From an uncultured Prevotella sp. (GTDB taxonomy: Bacteria; Bacteroidota; Bacteroidia; Bacteroidales; Bacteroidaceae), in NCBI GenBank assembly GCA_937892695.1, contig CALBJK010000071.1, positions 1 to 55,689 on the forward strand: DNA of 55,689 nucleotides, given 5' to 3'. Positions 9,607-20,135 of the stretch are shown in pieces (the stretch's first letter is position 1; every line of letters begins with the position of its first letter). Below the pieces are notes generated by a model that worked only from the letters and a program-made list of their open reading frames with translations, was not told where the DNA came from and did no database searches. Both the position numbers and the translations under genes were made by a program.

Positions 9607-12425
9607 AACCGATGAACCAGATAAAGAAAACGACTGTAATATGTGTCGTCATATTTGCCATTTCCCCGATGGCGATGGCACAGATTCCAGGGGGCGCACT
9701 CGAAAAAATGCTGCAACGCCCGAAAGTAACAAAATACTATCCGGGGAAACGCTTCGGCGACCATCTCTTCGTCGATGCCGGAGCCGGCATTAACCTTGCC
9801 GGGCTTCCCGGTCCTGAGGTCACGGCTACAGGCGAACTGCACGTGGGCGACTGGATTTCGCCCGAACATGGTATCAGACTCAACGTCAGCGGAGGATTCT
9901 TCCGTGCCCACGGCGTGAAGACGAAATACATAGGAGGAGGGCTCGACTACCTGCTCAACATAACTGCTCTGGCACAGCCGGGGCTTAACTATACGCCCAA
10001 GGATTTTGAAGTGTACGGCCTCATCGGTGTCGACTTCCTACACTCGCGCAACGATGTACGCCACAACGAATACGGACTGGGGGCGCACGTGGGACTGCGC
10101 GGACAGGTGGCTCTGTCACCGTTCACCTATTTTTATGTAGAGCCTCGCATCGGCCTTATCGAGGACGACGTGGCACAGGTGAGCACATGGCACGGCTACC
10201 ATCCTTACGGATCGGCATCGGTTGGCTTCGGCTACCGTCTTCCCGAACGCGGAAGGAGAATGAAAGACAGAGACTCGCTGCAGGTGAAGAATTCCGCCAA
10301 CGGTATGTTCATAAGCATTTCGGGCGGCCCTATATTCGTCGCAAACACCAAGCTGAGCAAATGGGGCGACAGCGACGGAATGAGGCTGGCCGCAAGCATA
10401 GGAAAATGGTTCGGCCACTACAACGGACTCCGGCTGACTTTCAACGGGACAACATTCTTGCAGAACAACGACAACAGAGTGAAGGCCATCGGAGCACAGG
10501 CCGAATACATGCTCAACATGCACAACGCCTTCGGAGGCATCAACCCCGACAGAGTGTTCTGGATCAACGCCCTCGCCGGAATCAGCTATAATTATACTGT
10601 CGACAACGACCACAAGCACCGCAGCGTGTTCGGATACGGAGGCGGGCTGCAGGCCAACTTCCGACTATCGCGCGATATAGACTTCTTCCTCGAACCAAGG
10701 GTGGAAATATTCAATAAGTACTATGCCCCGAAAATAACGTCGATAAAGAATATGGACATAATGCCGTCGCTGCAGGCCGGGCTGTCGTACACCTATCACG
10801 ACCGCAGTGCCACACAGGCACCTGCCGACGAGTTTGTCCAGAAATCGTGGCAGGATCACAGCTTCGTAGAGACAGGCATTGGCGCAAACATTTCGTTCAC
10901 CAAGTCTTCGGTCCGCGACCCCTTCGGCTACATGCGTCCGCTGGCCTATGTGGGTGTGGGCAAATGGTTCTCGCCCGTCAGCGGAGCACGACTGTGGGCA
11001 CAGGCTGCCCAGACACAGTGTTTTGACTTAGCTGCAAGCCGCTACAAACACATCGACTTCGGCATGGACTACATGCTCAACTTCACCAATGCCTTCTACG
11101 GCTACCGTGTATACAGGCCTCTTGAGTTTATAGGAACTGTCGGCGCAAACCTGTCGAAACGTCAGAACAAGGACAACCTGTTCTTCGGTCTGGACGCTTC
11201 GCTCCGCGCCGTATGGAATGTGAGCCGCGCTGTAGGTTTGTTCATCGAGCCACGTCTGCAAGGCTATGGAGACGATTACCTGCCGACAGCATTCAGTACT
11301 ACAAAACTCGACTTCATCACATCGCTTAGTGCCGGAGTACAGTTTAATCTGCGGGCTGCCGACAGAGCAACCGGCGACGCTGCTGGCAACGATGAGGTGC
11401 TGCGCAGTTCATTCACGTTTTCAGGAGGTTTCGCCAACACGCTCGACCGCATGAACATGGGCGACTATTACGCTCCGATTGGCAAGCTCAGCTACACCCA
11501 CTGGTATTCGCCGACGACAGCATGGCGACTCAACGGGCAAGGACTGATGAGACGCAAGCTCGAAAACAAACGCTACGCCCAGATTTCGGCCGGAGCCGAC
11601 ATCATGAAAGACATCACGGCCTACACTTACGGCTACGACCCGTCACGCGCACTGTCGGCATCGGTGTTTGCAGGTGCCAACCTCGGTGTAGACTTCGGTG
11701 GCGGGCACACAACGTTTTCGCCCGACTTGCACATCGGAGGGCAGCTGTCGGTAAGGGTGACTGATGCGTTCCACATAACAGCCGAACCACAGATGGCCTA
11801 CCTGCTGTCGTCACGCTTCAGCAGCTCTACGATGGGACGATGGATGCCCCAGATGCTCGTAGGACTTGAATACAGCCTGAAACGCACTGGAAGCAACAAG
11901 AACCTGAGCGGAACACCAGAACGCCAGAACATCATAGAAGCAAGCATAGGTACAGGTGTTTACACGGGCAGTTTCGCCAACATGTCACCTTTAGGACGGA
12001 AGCTGACATTCCTCTCGACAATAGGTTACGGAAGATGGATCAACGAGGTGAGCGGAGTTCATGCCAGCCTGGACAACACTGTGGTACAACGTCACGACAA
12101 GAACAGCAATATCACATCGATTCACGCCGACTACATGATGAACATAAAGAGCGCGGTGACAGGCGAATCGACTTCGGACGACCTGTTCCAGCTTACAGGA
12201 CTCGCAGGTGTTTCGTTCAACATCAACTCGCACGACGGTCACCGCACAAGGTTTGCACCAGGACTGAAAGCAGCCATGCAGCTGGGATGTAACGTCACAA
12301 AGACGGTCGAGATTTTCTTCGAACCGTCAGCCACGGTCTACACCCGAAGTATCGACACCGGCAACGCCTCTCATCCGGTAGACGGAGAACTTAAAGTAAG
12401 TCTGGGAACAAAGTTCCACTTCTGA
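9603..12425 (+). CDS. Outer-membrane protein with five tandem OmpA-type beta-barrel repeats
   Basis: Signal peptide (AMA|Q); five ~180-aa repeats each with G[DKR]W.SP..G.RL-like, [DE]YMLN-like, F.EP and terminal G..[YF] motifs; C-terminal Phe; overlaps the upstream gene by 4 bp. Confidence 0.8.
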   Translation: MKPMNQIKKTTVICVVIFAISPMAMAQIPGGALEKMLQRPKVTKYYPGKRFGDHLFVDAGAGINLAGLPGPEVTATGELHVGDWISPEHGIRLNVSGGFFRAHGVKTKYIGGGLDYLLNITALAQPGLNYTPKDFEVYGLIGVDFLHSRNDVRHNEYGLGAHVGLRGQVALSPFTYFYVEPRIGLIEDDVAQVSTWHGYHPYGSASVGFGYRLPERGRRMKDRDSLQVKNSANGMFISISGGPIFVANTKLSKWGDSDGMRLAASIGKWFGHYNGLRLTFNGTTFLQNNDNRVKAIGAQAEYMLNMHNAFGGINPDRVFWINALAGISYNYTVDNDHKHRSVFGYGGGLQANFRLSRDIDFFLEPRVEIFNKYYAPKITSIKNMDIMPSLQAGLSYTYHDRSATQAPADEFVQKSWQDHSFVETGIGANISFTKSSVRDPFGYMRPLAYVGVGKWFSPVSGARLWAQAAQTQCFDLAASRYKHIDFGMDYMLNFTNAFYGYRVYRPLEFIGTVGANLSKRQNKDNLFFGLDASLRAVWNVSRAVGLFIEPRLQGYGDDYLPTAFSTTKLDFITSLSAGVQFNLRAADRATGDAAGNDEVLRSSFTFSGGFANTLDRMNMGDYYAPIGKLSYTHWYSPTTAWRLNGQGLMRRKLENKRYAQISAGADIMKDITAYTYGYDPSRALSASVFAGANLGVDFGGGHTTFSPDLHIGGQLSVRVTDAFHITAEPQMAYLLSSRFSSSTMGRWMPQMLVGLEYSLKRTGSNKNLSGTPERQNIIEASIGTGVYTGSFANMSPLGRKLTFLSTIGYGRWINEVSGVHASLDNTVVQRHDKNSNITSIHADYMMNIKSAVTGESTSDDLFQLTGLAGVSFNINSHDGHRTRFAPGLKAAMQLGCNVTKTVEIFFEPSATVYTRSIDTGNASHPVDGELKVSLGTKFHF

Positions 12426-12508
12426 CAAAAAGTGGCCACCATCCGCTTTCCGGAGATTGGGACGGACAATAGAAACTTAGTCAGATAATGCTAAGATAGT
12501 TAATCCAC

Positions 12509-12551
12509 AAGTGCATCACGGTATGAAACTTCGACCGTGATGCACTTTTTT
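12509..12551 (+). terminator. Intrinsic terminator closing the first DUF3575 operon
   Basis: 14-bp stem AAGTGCATCACGGT / ACCGTGATGCACTT followed by a T run. Confidence 0.85.
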
Positions 12552-12754
12552 GTATTATGACCTATTTGGAATTATAGATTATCGTTATCAAGAACAATCA
12601 TTTTACAAAATACCAAGACAACACAGCACCCGGCAACGCAATAGACAAAATTAAGAATGAGTATATATATCATAAACATTTTAAAACATCCGTAACAAAT
12701 ATTCAATACTTTCAAAAACAAGGCATAAGAATGCGCGACATAAAGACAAGACTC

Positions 12755-12780
12755 GGGGGAGGGGGGGGGGAGGAAAAAAA
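12755..12780 (+). repeat. Homopolymer tract G5-A-G10-A-GG-A7 upstream of the pilus promoter
   Basis: Seen directly in an otherwise AT-rich intergenic region. Confidence 0.9.
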
Positions 12781-12809
12781 CATACTAATCAAATATTTTT
12801 CTAAAAAAC

Positions 12810-12840
12810 TTTGACAATAAAATAAAAATGTGTAACTTTG
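12810..12840 (+). promoter_or_regulatory. Promoter of the type V pilus operon
   Basis: TTTG (12810-12813), 19-nt spacer, TAACTTTG (12833-12840): canonical Bacteroidetes consensus. Confidence 0.8.
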
Positions 12841-13036
12841 TGGCATTGCCTTTCCATAACAAGGATGGCACAAAACCTATAGCTAAGATGTCTAACTTAC
12901 GGAAGACGTTAAATAAATAAGAGTTCTAATCCTTGAATACAAAAAGCGTTCAAAAAGAAGACCCAAACAAGGCAACTCTTTATAATTACGGATTTATATT
13001 TCAAGACAAGATAATAAATAAGAAAATTAAATTTAT

Positions 13037-13609
13037 ATGATGCACAAAAGACAATTGCTGCTGTTCATAGCCATTTTGATGTTTTGCCTGCAAATTTCTG
13101 CGCAGACAGTGGGCGTGAAGACGAACATCCTTTATGATGCCACAACTACTCCGAACATCGGTGTAGAATTGGGCTTTGGCAAACGTTCGTCAGTGCAGCT
13201 TTTCTACGGACTCAATCCGTGGAAATTCGGAGACAACAAAAAGTTGCGCCACTGGTCGCTAATGCCCGAGTACCGCTATTGGCTCTGCAGCCCGATGTCC
13301 GGTCATTTCTTCGGCATACACGCACTCGGAGGCGAGTTCAATGCCGGCGGAGTGAAACTCCCGTTCGGAGCATTTCCGGAACTGCGCGACCACCGTTATG
13401 AAGGATGGTACGTCGGAGGCGGTCTCACTTACGGCTACTCATGGATTTTAGGTAAGCACTGGAACGTGGAAGCAGCTGTCGGAGTGGGTTACATCCATGC
13501 CGACTATGACAAGTTCGAGTGTAAAGAATGCGGCAAGAAAGTAAAGGAAGGCGTACGCAACTATGTAGGGCCGACCAAGGCTGCCGTAAATCTGGTTTAC
13601 GTATTCTAA
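13037..13609 (+). CDS. DUF3575 outer-membrane beta-barrel protein (copy 2)
   Basis: Signal peptide (ISA|Q); VKTNILYDATTTPNIGVE, PEYRYWLC..GHFFGIHA, GGGLTYGYSWILGKHWNVEA, CKECG, GPTKAAVNLVYVF. Confidence 0.92.
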   Translation: MMHKRQLLLFIAILMFCLQISAQTVGVKTNILYDATTTPNIGVELGFGKRSSVQLFYGLNPWKFGDNKKLRHWSLMPEYRYWLCSPMSGHFFGIHALGGEFNAGGVKLPFGAFPELRDHRYEGWYVGGGLTYGYSWILGKHWNVEAAVGVGYIHADYDKFECKECGKKVKEGVRNYVGPTKAAVNLVYVF

Positions 13610-13622
13610 AACGAAGGAAGCT

Positions 13623-15080
13623 ATGGACAAAAAGAATATTCATTATACGACTTTTGGCAAGACGATGTTCGCACTTGCCTTCCCCGTGATGTTCTCACTC
13701 GGGACATACGCAGCAGCAGACGACGCTACATACGAACCCAAAGTGAAGATAGGACAGCTCGCTGCAAAACGTGCCGGCGACAACGTGGTGGTGACGATGA
13801 AGCTCGACATGAACGACCTGAATCTCAAGTCGGACATGTTGCTGGCATACACCCCTATCGTGACCGACGGTAACAACACGGCACGGCTGCGTCCGCTGCT
13901 CGTCACCGGACGTAACGAACACTACAAGTTCCTAAGAAGCGGAAACAAGAACTATCCCGACGCTGAGGAAGTGTGGAGAAGAAAAGGAAAGAAAGGCGAA
14001 GGACAGACCTACGAATACTCATACGTGCTGCCCTACGAAGAATGGATGGAAGGAGCAAAGCTCTACGTCGACGAAGACCTTTGCGGATGCGGCGACCAGG
14101 TGGCCGACAACCGGATACCGGGTCCCCCACTCGATTTCGATCCAGAAAGCGGATTGCTCACAGCCTTTGTAACACCACAGGTGGAGGCACGCAAGACTCG
14201 CGAAGAAAAAGGAACGGCGTACATCGACTTCCCTGTCGACAAGATTGTGCTGTATCCGCAGTATCGTAACAACCCTCGAGAGCTGGCCAAGATTGTCGAG
14301 ACTATAGAAAAGGTGAAGAAAGACAAGAACCTCACCATCACCAACGTAAACATTCACGGCTATGCTTCGCCAGAGGCTCCTTACGACTACAACACAAATC
14401 TGGCAAAGAACCGTACAGCTACTCTGAAGAACTATGTGCGCAAGCTGATGCACATGAACGACAGACTCTTCACAACCAAATACACTCCAGAGGACTGGGC
14501 CGGACTCAGAAAATATGTTGCCGAGAGCAATATCTCGAACAGGAAAGCCATACTCAGTATCATCGACTCGAGAATGCAGCCTGATGCAAAGGAAGCTAAG
14601 ATAAAGAAGAGCTATCCAACCGAATACCGTTTCATGCTCGCAACATGGTATCCCGCACTGCGTCATTCTGATTACACTGTGACCTACACGGTACGTCCGT
14701 TCTCCGTAGAAGAGGCTAAGGAGATATTGAAGACCAAGCCACAGCAGCTGTCGCTGAACGAAATGTTTATGGTGGCACAGACATACACTCCCGGAAGCGT
14801 AGAATATAATGAGGTGTTTGCTACAGCAGCACGACTCTTCCCCGAGGATGAGACGGCCAACCTCAACGCAGCCAACATCGCCATCAACAGTCGTGACCTC
14901 GTGTCGGCAGAGCACTTCCTTGAAAGAGCCGGCAATTCGCCACAGGCAGACCTTGCACGCGGAACGCTCGCACTGCTCAAGCGCGACTACGCAACAGCCG
15001 AGACTCTGCTGAAGAAGGCACAGGCTGAAGGGTTGACAGAGGCAACGAAGAACCTCGAAATAATGAAAAAGATACGCTGA
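13623..15080 (+). CDS. DUF3868 domain protein with OmpA-like and TPR-like regions
   Basis: Signal peptide; VLPYEEWMEGAKL..CGCG, AYIDFPV, YRNNPREL, IHGYASPEAPYDYNTNLAKNRT, PEDWAGL, YPALR, LSLNEMF, FPEDETANLNAA. Confidence 0.9.
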   Translation: MDKKNIHYTTFGKTMFALAFPVMFSLGTYAAADDATYEPKVKIGQLAAKRAGDNVVVTMKLDMNDLNLKSDMLLAYTPIVTDGNNTARLRPLLVTGRNEHYKFLRSGNKNYPDAEEVWRRKGKKGEGQTYEYSYVLPYEEWMEGAKLYVDEDLCGCGDQVADNRIPGPPLDFDPESGLLTAFVTPQVEARKTREEKGTAYIDFPVDKIVLYPQYRNNPRELAKIVETIEKVKKDKNLTITNVNIHGYASPEAPYDYNTNLAKNRTATLKNYVRKLMHMNDRLFTTKYTPEDWAGLRKYVAESNISNRKAILSIIDSRMQPDAKEAKIKKSYPTEYRFMLATWYPALRHSDYTVTYTVRPFSVEEAKEILKTKPQQLSLNEMFMVAQTYTPGSVEYNEVFATAARLFPEDETANLNAANIAINSRDLVSAEHFLERAGNSPQADLARGTLALLKRDYATAETLLKKAQAEGLTEATKNLEIMKKIR

Positions 15081-15168
15081 TACACATAATCAGTATAGTC
15101 CTAAGCTATTAGACACTAATTAATCAATAGTAATCATAAATCAATCCCAACAACAAAACAACACAATT

Positions 15169-16875
15169 ATGGGAAAAAGTAAATTTTTCAGTATTGCTCT
15201 AGCGGCAGCGCTGCTTGCCGGATGTAGCAACGATGATGTCGTAAGCGACAATGGTCAGCTGAACATCAAAGAAGGCGGCCAAATGCAGGTTGCCCTGAAT
15301 TTCGGGCCTCAGACCCGCGCAGCCTCATACGATAAAGGTTCGGAGGCTGAATCGGTAGTGAAGAACGCACAGTTCTATTTCTTCAACAAGGCAGATGGCA
15401 AATATCTCGGTACAAGCGGACTGCTCACAACTTTCGGACAGAAGGAGAGTGACGGTAATGTAGAACGTCTGGTGGATGTCAATGTTCCTGTGAATGCAGT
15501 GGAAGCATTAAAGAAAGGAAACGCCGATGTAACTGTGGTAGCTGTGCTGAACGCTCCATCTGACTTCAAAGCTGACACTACCAAAACCATCAATGAATTT
15601 AACAAGGCAACAACATCTGTAGGTGCGACTAACCTTGGTTTCATGATGACAAACTCTGTATATGCAGCATACAGCAAGGTAACTGAAAATATCGCTTCTA
15701 AAGACGACAACGTGACCGTGTCATCAGCCAATGTCTATAACGTAGGTCAGAAGCCAGCCGGCTACCAGCCTGTCACAATGTACGTAGAACGCGTAAGTGC
15801 AAAGGTCAAACTCAACCTCAACGAAGAAGCCAATACAACAACTGAAGACGGTAAGTTTGAAGTGAAAAGTTGGGCTTTAAATGTGACCAACAACAAGTAC
15901 TATCCTCTGAAGAAGATTGCCAACATCTTCTCTGCTGCTAACGTTGCCGTTCCCAATCTGTGGGCAAACGTAACAAACAACGGCGTGAAGGGATGGAGCA
16001 ATGCTGCAGACCATCGTAGCTTCTGGGCTGAAGACCCCAACTACAATGACAAGAGCAACGGTTACAAGAGCGATTTCAAGATTGTTCCGATAACAGAACT
16101 GACAAACAAATTAGGCGACTCGGAATACTGTCTTGAAAACACGTTCAGCAATGAAGCGCAAAATACAAACCAGACCACAACTGCTGTGATAATGACACAG
16201 TTCACAATGAAAGACGGTAAAGTCACAGACATTGTGCTTTATGAGAACAAAAAGTATACTGCAGCCAATTTCCTGAATACAGTGATGGGAGAAAATAATG
16301 CTGCACTTAAAAAATACTGGAAGAAAGAAGGCAACAATTACAAGCAGCTTTCAACATCAGACTTCGTTCTCGCCGCAGGAGAAGGCGAAAAGGACATTAC
16401 TGTCAATCTCGGAAACAATGTGACCGTCATCGGAAGTACAAACGGCCGTTACATACAGTTTGCCGAAGGTGTCGGTGACATATACAAAGACGTGAAAAAG
16501 AACGCAGACGGCACAATTTCTGCAACAAAGGTTGATGCCGCAACAGCTCTTGCCAGTATTGCACCAGCAAAAGACAAATACACAGTATTCGTAAATGGCT
16601 TCAGCTATTATGAAATTCCTATACGCCACTTCGACGACATGGAAGTTCCTTTAGTAGCTACTGATGTGAACGGCGCAAGCCAGATTGGCCGTTACGGCGT
16701 TGTACGAAACCACACTTACAACCTGACCATCAACAGCGTCTCTAATCTGGGCAATCCGATTACCGGTGAGACAATAGAACCGGGAAGCAAGCCTGATGAC
16801 AAGACCGACTTCCGTATGGATGTAAGTATCGACGTGCTCTCATGGGCATACCGCAGTCAGGGCATAGACCTCTAA
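15169..16875 (+). CDS. Type V pilus major (stalk) pilin, Mfa1/FimA family lipoprotein
   Basis: Lipobox LLAGC followed by SNDD; Arg processing site QTR|AAS; FMMTNS, YVERVSAKV, FWAEDPNY, YCLENT, YYEIPIRH, YGVVRNHTYNLTI, terminal strand VSIDVLSWAYRSQGIDL. Confidence 0.9.
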   Translation: MGKSKFFSIALAAALLAGCSNDDVVSDNGQLNIKEGGQMQVALNFGPQTRAASYDKGSEAESVVKNAQFYFFNKADGKYLGTSGLLTTFGQKESDGNVERLVDVNVPVNAVEALKKGNADVTVVAVLNAPSDFKADTTKTINEFNKATTSVGATNLGFMMTNSVYAAYSKVTENIASKDDNVTVSSANVYNVGQKPAGYQPVTMYVERVSAKVKLNLNEEANTTTEDGKFEVKSWALNVTNNKYYPLKKIANIFSAANVAVPNLWANVTNNGVKGWSNAADHRSFWAEDPNYNDKSNGYKSDFKIVPITELTNKLGDSEYCLENTFSNEAQNTNQTTTAVIMTQFTMKDGKVTDIVLYENKKYTAANFLNTVMGENNAALKKYWKKEGNNYKQLSTSDFVLAAGEGEKDITVNLGNNVTVIGSTNGRYIQFAEGVGDIYKDVKKNADGTISATKVDAATALASIAPAKDKYTVFVNGFSYYEIPIRHFDDMEVPLVATDVNGASQIGRYGVVRNHTYNLTINSVSNLGNPITGETIEPGSKPDDKTDFRMDVSIDVLSWAYRSQGIDL

Positions 16876-17348
16876 AATCAAAGACAAATAATTGATTGAT
16901 AAGTGGGTGTCCGGGATTGGGCTATACCGTTTGCCGAACAAACATACAAATAAAATGTCATCAAAGACAATAATTGTAGCGACAGATCCCGGACACACAT
17001 ATACCGATTTATTATAAATGCATAAACAATGCAAAAATCATAATTTCGAAAAGAAGAACGCGTATGTTTGTCAAAAAACATCGTGCAAAAGTAGGCTTAC
17101 GTGAGAAAGGTAACTTTTAAAATACGTCCTGTCAGGAGCGCGTTCATATTTTATTACTCCAGACAAATACAACTGTAAGTAAAAGAATAAACAAACAATA
17201 AATCAAACAGATGCAGTTACTGCCGGCCGCTGTGCATAGAAAAGAGCCGACAAGACAAAAAGGACTTAAAACAAGGTCTGACGATAACACCCCACGAAAA
17301 GTCAGCAATGACTTCATTAAACAAGAAAATTCAATATAATACAAAGAT

Positions 17349-18425
17349 ATGGCACATAACGTAAACAAATGCCTTGGATGGATAGCAGCTGCGATGACCG
17401 CTGCCGGACTGTTCTCCTCATGCGGCATGATGACCGACGACCGCGACGATTGCCCAGTAGGTTTGTATGTCGGCTTCAAGTATGATTACAACACTCAGCG
17501 GGCCGACATGTTCAAAGATCAGGTCGGTGGCGTGACGCTTTATGTGTTTGACGAGAACGGTAAACTGGTGACACAACGCGAAGTCACAAACGCAAAGGAC
17601 GCTGACGCTCTGCGCAGCGCTGGATACAAGATGAACTTTACTGACCTGCCCGACGGCAAATACCACCTTTACGCAATGGCTATGCAGAAAGGCTATGACG
17701 AAGCTCTGAAAACGAAAGGAGCCAAGTATCGCCGCACCGAACTGAAGGTTGGCGACCCTAAGGAGAACATCAATGTGAAGCTCGACCGCGCCGAGAAGAA
17801 GGACAATATAGGGATATTCAATGTAAAAAACGACAGTCTGCCTCTCGACACATTATGGATGTCGATGGGTGAAACGACTGCCGAAGCTGTAACAGACGAA
17901 CCTACCTACGCCATGGTTCCTCTCATTCGCGACACTAAGCGACTGACACTGACAATACGCCAGATGGAGAATCCCGTTGACATCAGTTGGAAAGACTTCG
18001 ACATAAGCATCGTAGACCGTAACGGAAAGATAGCATTCGACAACAGCGTCACAGCCGATGACACCCTGCGCTATACCCCGTTTGCGAAATGGGACACTCA
18101 GGAAGAGACCGGCACCAACGGCGAAAAGCGCAACGTAGTACATGCCGAAATCAACTTCAACCGTCTGATTGACCATGCCGACTACAAGGAGGATGCACGT
18201 CTGGTAGTAAAGAACAAAAAGGGCATACCTGTACTCGACATCAACCTGCCTGATTATCTTGCACAAGGACGCGGAGCATTCGAAAACCAGACATGGGGAA
18301 ATCAAGAATATCTCGACCGTCAGCCAGACTATTATCTTGACCTCATTCTCAATGGAGGCAAGTGGATGTACATTGACGTGAGAGTACTTTCATGGACCAG
18401 TCGAAACCAAATAAGCAATCTATAA
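17349..18425 (+). CDS. FimB/Mfa2 family pilus anchor lipoprotein
   Basis: Lipobox LFSSC..DDRDDCP; FKYDYN..ADMF..QVGGVTLYVFDENGKLV; QEYLDRQPDY; terminal VRVLSW. Confidence 0.88.
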   Translation: MAHNVNKCLGWIAAAMTAAGLFSSCGMMTDDRDDCPVGLYVGFKYDYNTQRADMFKDQVGGVTLYVFDENGKLVTQREVTNAKDADALRSAGYKMNFTDLPDGKYHLYAMAMQKGYDEALKTKGAKYRRTELKVGDPKENINVKLDRAEKKDNIGIFNVKNDSLPLDTLWMSMGETTAEAVTDEPTYAMVPLIRDTKRLTLTIRQMENPVDISWKDFDISIVDRNGKIAFDNSVTADDTLRYTPFAKWDTQEETGTNGEKRNVVHAEINFNRLIDHADYKEDARLVVKNKKGIPVLDINLPDYLAQGRGAFENQTWGNQEYLDRQPDYYLDLILNGGKWMYIDVRVLSWTSRNQISNL

Positions 18426-18428
18426 ATT

Positions 18429-20120
18429 ATGAACATCAGTCATATAAAGAAAAATAGCCGATGGCTGTTGTATCTGCTTACAGGTTATCTGTTGGCAGCA
18501 TGTTCGGCCATGCAGGATGATATAGATGGATGCCCTTCGGACGGCGGCATTACAACAAACTATACTGTCACTTTCTCTATTCCGGCAGTCAAGGAACTGA
18601 CGAGAAACTTTTCTGGTCAGGAAGCGGGACAGAATATGGAAAGCTACATTGACACAAAGAAAGTAGCAGTATATCTCTTCACGGGAGACAGACCCGACCC
18701 TGCTTCAGACATGTGTCTGGAAAAGGTAGGCGAGCTGGCAGTGGAGCACAAAGAAGCTTCGTCATACACGGTGAAAGGCAAACTGGCGCAGATGTACGAG
18801 CAGCCTGTAAAGATTGTTGTCTTCGCAAACATTCTGCCCGACGACATAACGCCTGGCACCACTATAGCCGAAGCATGCCAAAAGGCATCATCGGTGTATC
18901 TGCTGCAGCAAGGCAACACCAATGTGTTCGCTCCTTCAGAAAGCACGCCTGTACCGATGTTCGGCATACAGAGCTACAGTGCAGACGAATGGAAGAAAGG
19001 ATGGTCCGAAGTGATAGACGGAAAGAGTACGAACAGTGCAGGACTGTCAAAACCGATACATCTTATACGTTCTGTGGCTAAGATTCGCGTAAGATGTTCG
19101 GCCGAGAACTACAAACTGTCTAGTGTAACACTGAACCGATACAACGACAGGGGATATGCAGCGCCGACTGGAATGTACAACCACACGTTCCTCCTGGATG
19201 AAGCCAATGGTCTGTTCGACGAAAAAACGGGATCTGATTACATAAACATCCCCAATACAGCACAAACAAACGAGCCGCTCGTCCAGACCACCGGAAGAAC
19301 GGAAAACATCGAATGGTTGTCGGGAGCAGAGAAGACAAGAGACAACTGTTTCGTGCTCTATGTTCCCGAATACAAGAACACAGACATCTCTGCCGACAAA
19401 GAAGCAAAGCTGACCATCACCTTACAGAAGAAGGTGGGTGAAGGATGGCAGGACATACAGCTCGAAGGACATAACACAATCTGGTTCAAGACATACCTCG
19501 AAGGTAAGCCGACAAGCGAAGCCTTCGACATTCTTAGGAACCACATATACGACTTCGAGGTGCGCAGCGTAAGCGGCAATCTGGAATTGGCAAGCAAAAT
19601 TCTGCCTTGGTATAATGGAGGAGAATACAACTACGTTTCAGAAGTAGAGACACGTCTCACCGTCAATAAGAGCGAAAGCAACTACTATTTCGAGAAAGAC
19701 GTTGAGGACGGAAAGGCTCTCGCCATAGCTTATAGGGATGACGCAAGCCAGCATCCACTGTCACCGGAGCTGAATCTACAAGTGAAATCGACAGAACAGT
19801 GGATTCTACAGACTGACAATCCCTACTTCGGCTTCAGAATAAAGAATGCGGACGGCACATGGAGCGATGTTCGACCGACAATAACAGGGACAAACATGAA
19901 TCTTACATTCTGCATAGTACCGCTGAAAGTGTATGAAGAAGTAACAGACACAAAGCACGACGTAAAAGTAAGTCTGGTACAAGTGGTTGGAAACAACAGT
20001 AATCACGTGCCGTTCAATGTAGATTCCAGCACAGGCAAGAATCTTCTTCCCGGCAATAAGGATTACATTCATTTCATACAGATACCAAGAACCGACTTTC
20101 CGACCTCGGCTGACGAATAA
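18429..20120 (+). CDS. Accessory/tip type V pilin lipoprotein 1
   Basis: Lipobox LLAAC; ELTR site; IVVFAN, PVPMFG, LIRSVAKIRV, YVPEY, ILRNHIYDFEV..LPW plus an extra C-terminal domain. Confidence 0.8.
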   Translation: MNISHIKKNSRWLLYLLTGYLLAACSAMQDDIDGCPSDGGITTNYTVTFSIPAVKELTRNFSGQEAGQNMESYIDTKKVAVYLFTGDRPDPASDMCLEKVGELAVEHKEASSYTVKGKLAQMYEQPVKIVVFANILPDDITPGTTIAEACQKASSVYLLQQGNTNVFAPSESTPVPMFGIQSYSADEWKKGWSEVIDGKSTNSAGLSKPIHLIRSVAKIRVRCSAENYKLSSVTLNRYNDRGYAAPTGMYNHTFLLDEANGLFDEKTGSDYINIPNTAQTNEPLVQTTGRTENIEWLSGAEKTRDNCFVLYVPEYKNTDISADKEAKLTITLQKKVGEGWQDIQLEGHNTIWFKTYLEGKPTSEAFDILRNHIYDFEVRSVSGNLELASKILPWYNGGEYNYVSEVETRLTVNKSESNYYFEKDVEDGKALAIAYRDDASQHPLSPELNLQVKSTEQWILQTDNPYFGFRIKNADGTWSDVRPTITGTNMNLTFCIVPLKVYEEVTDTKHDVKVSLVQVVGNNSNHVPFNVDSSTGKNLLPGNKDYIHFIQIPRTDFPTSADE

Positions 20121-20135
20121 AAACATTAAAGCATT

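Noticed and set aside
16907..16996. Invertible promoter
   Set aside because: No TAnnTTTG box inside the repeats in either orientation and no recombinase gene in the window; kept only as a structural finding.
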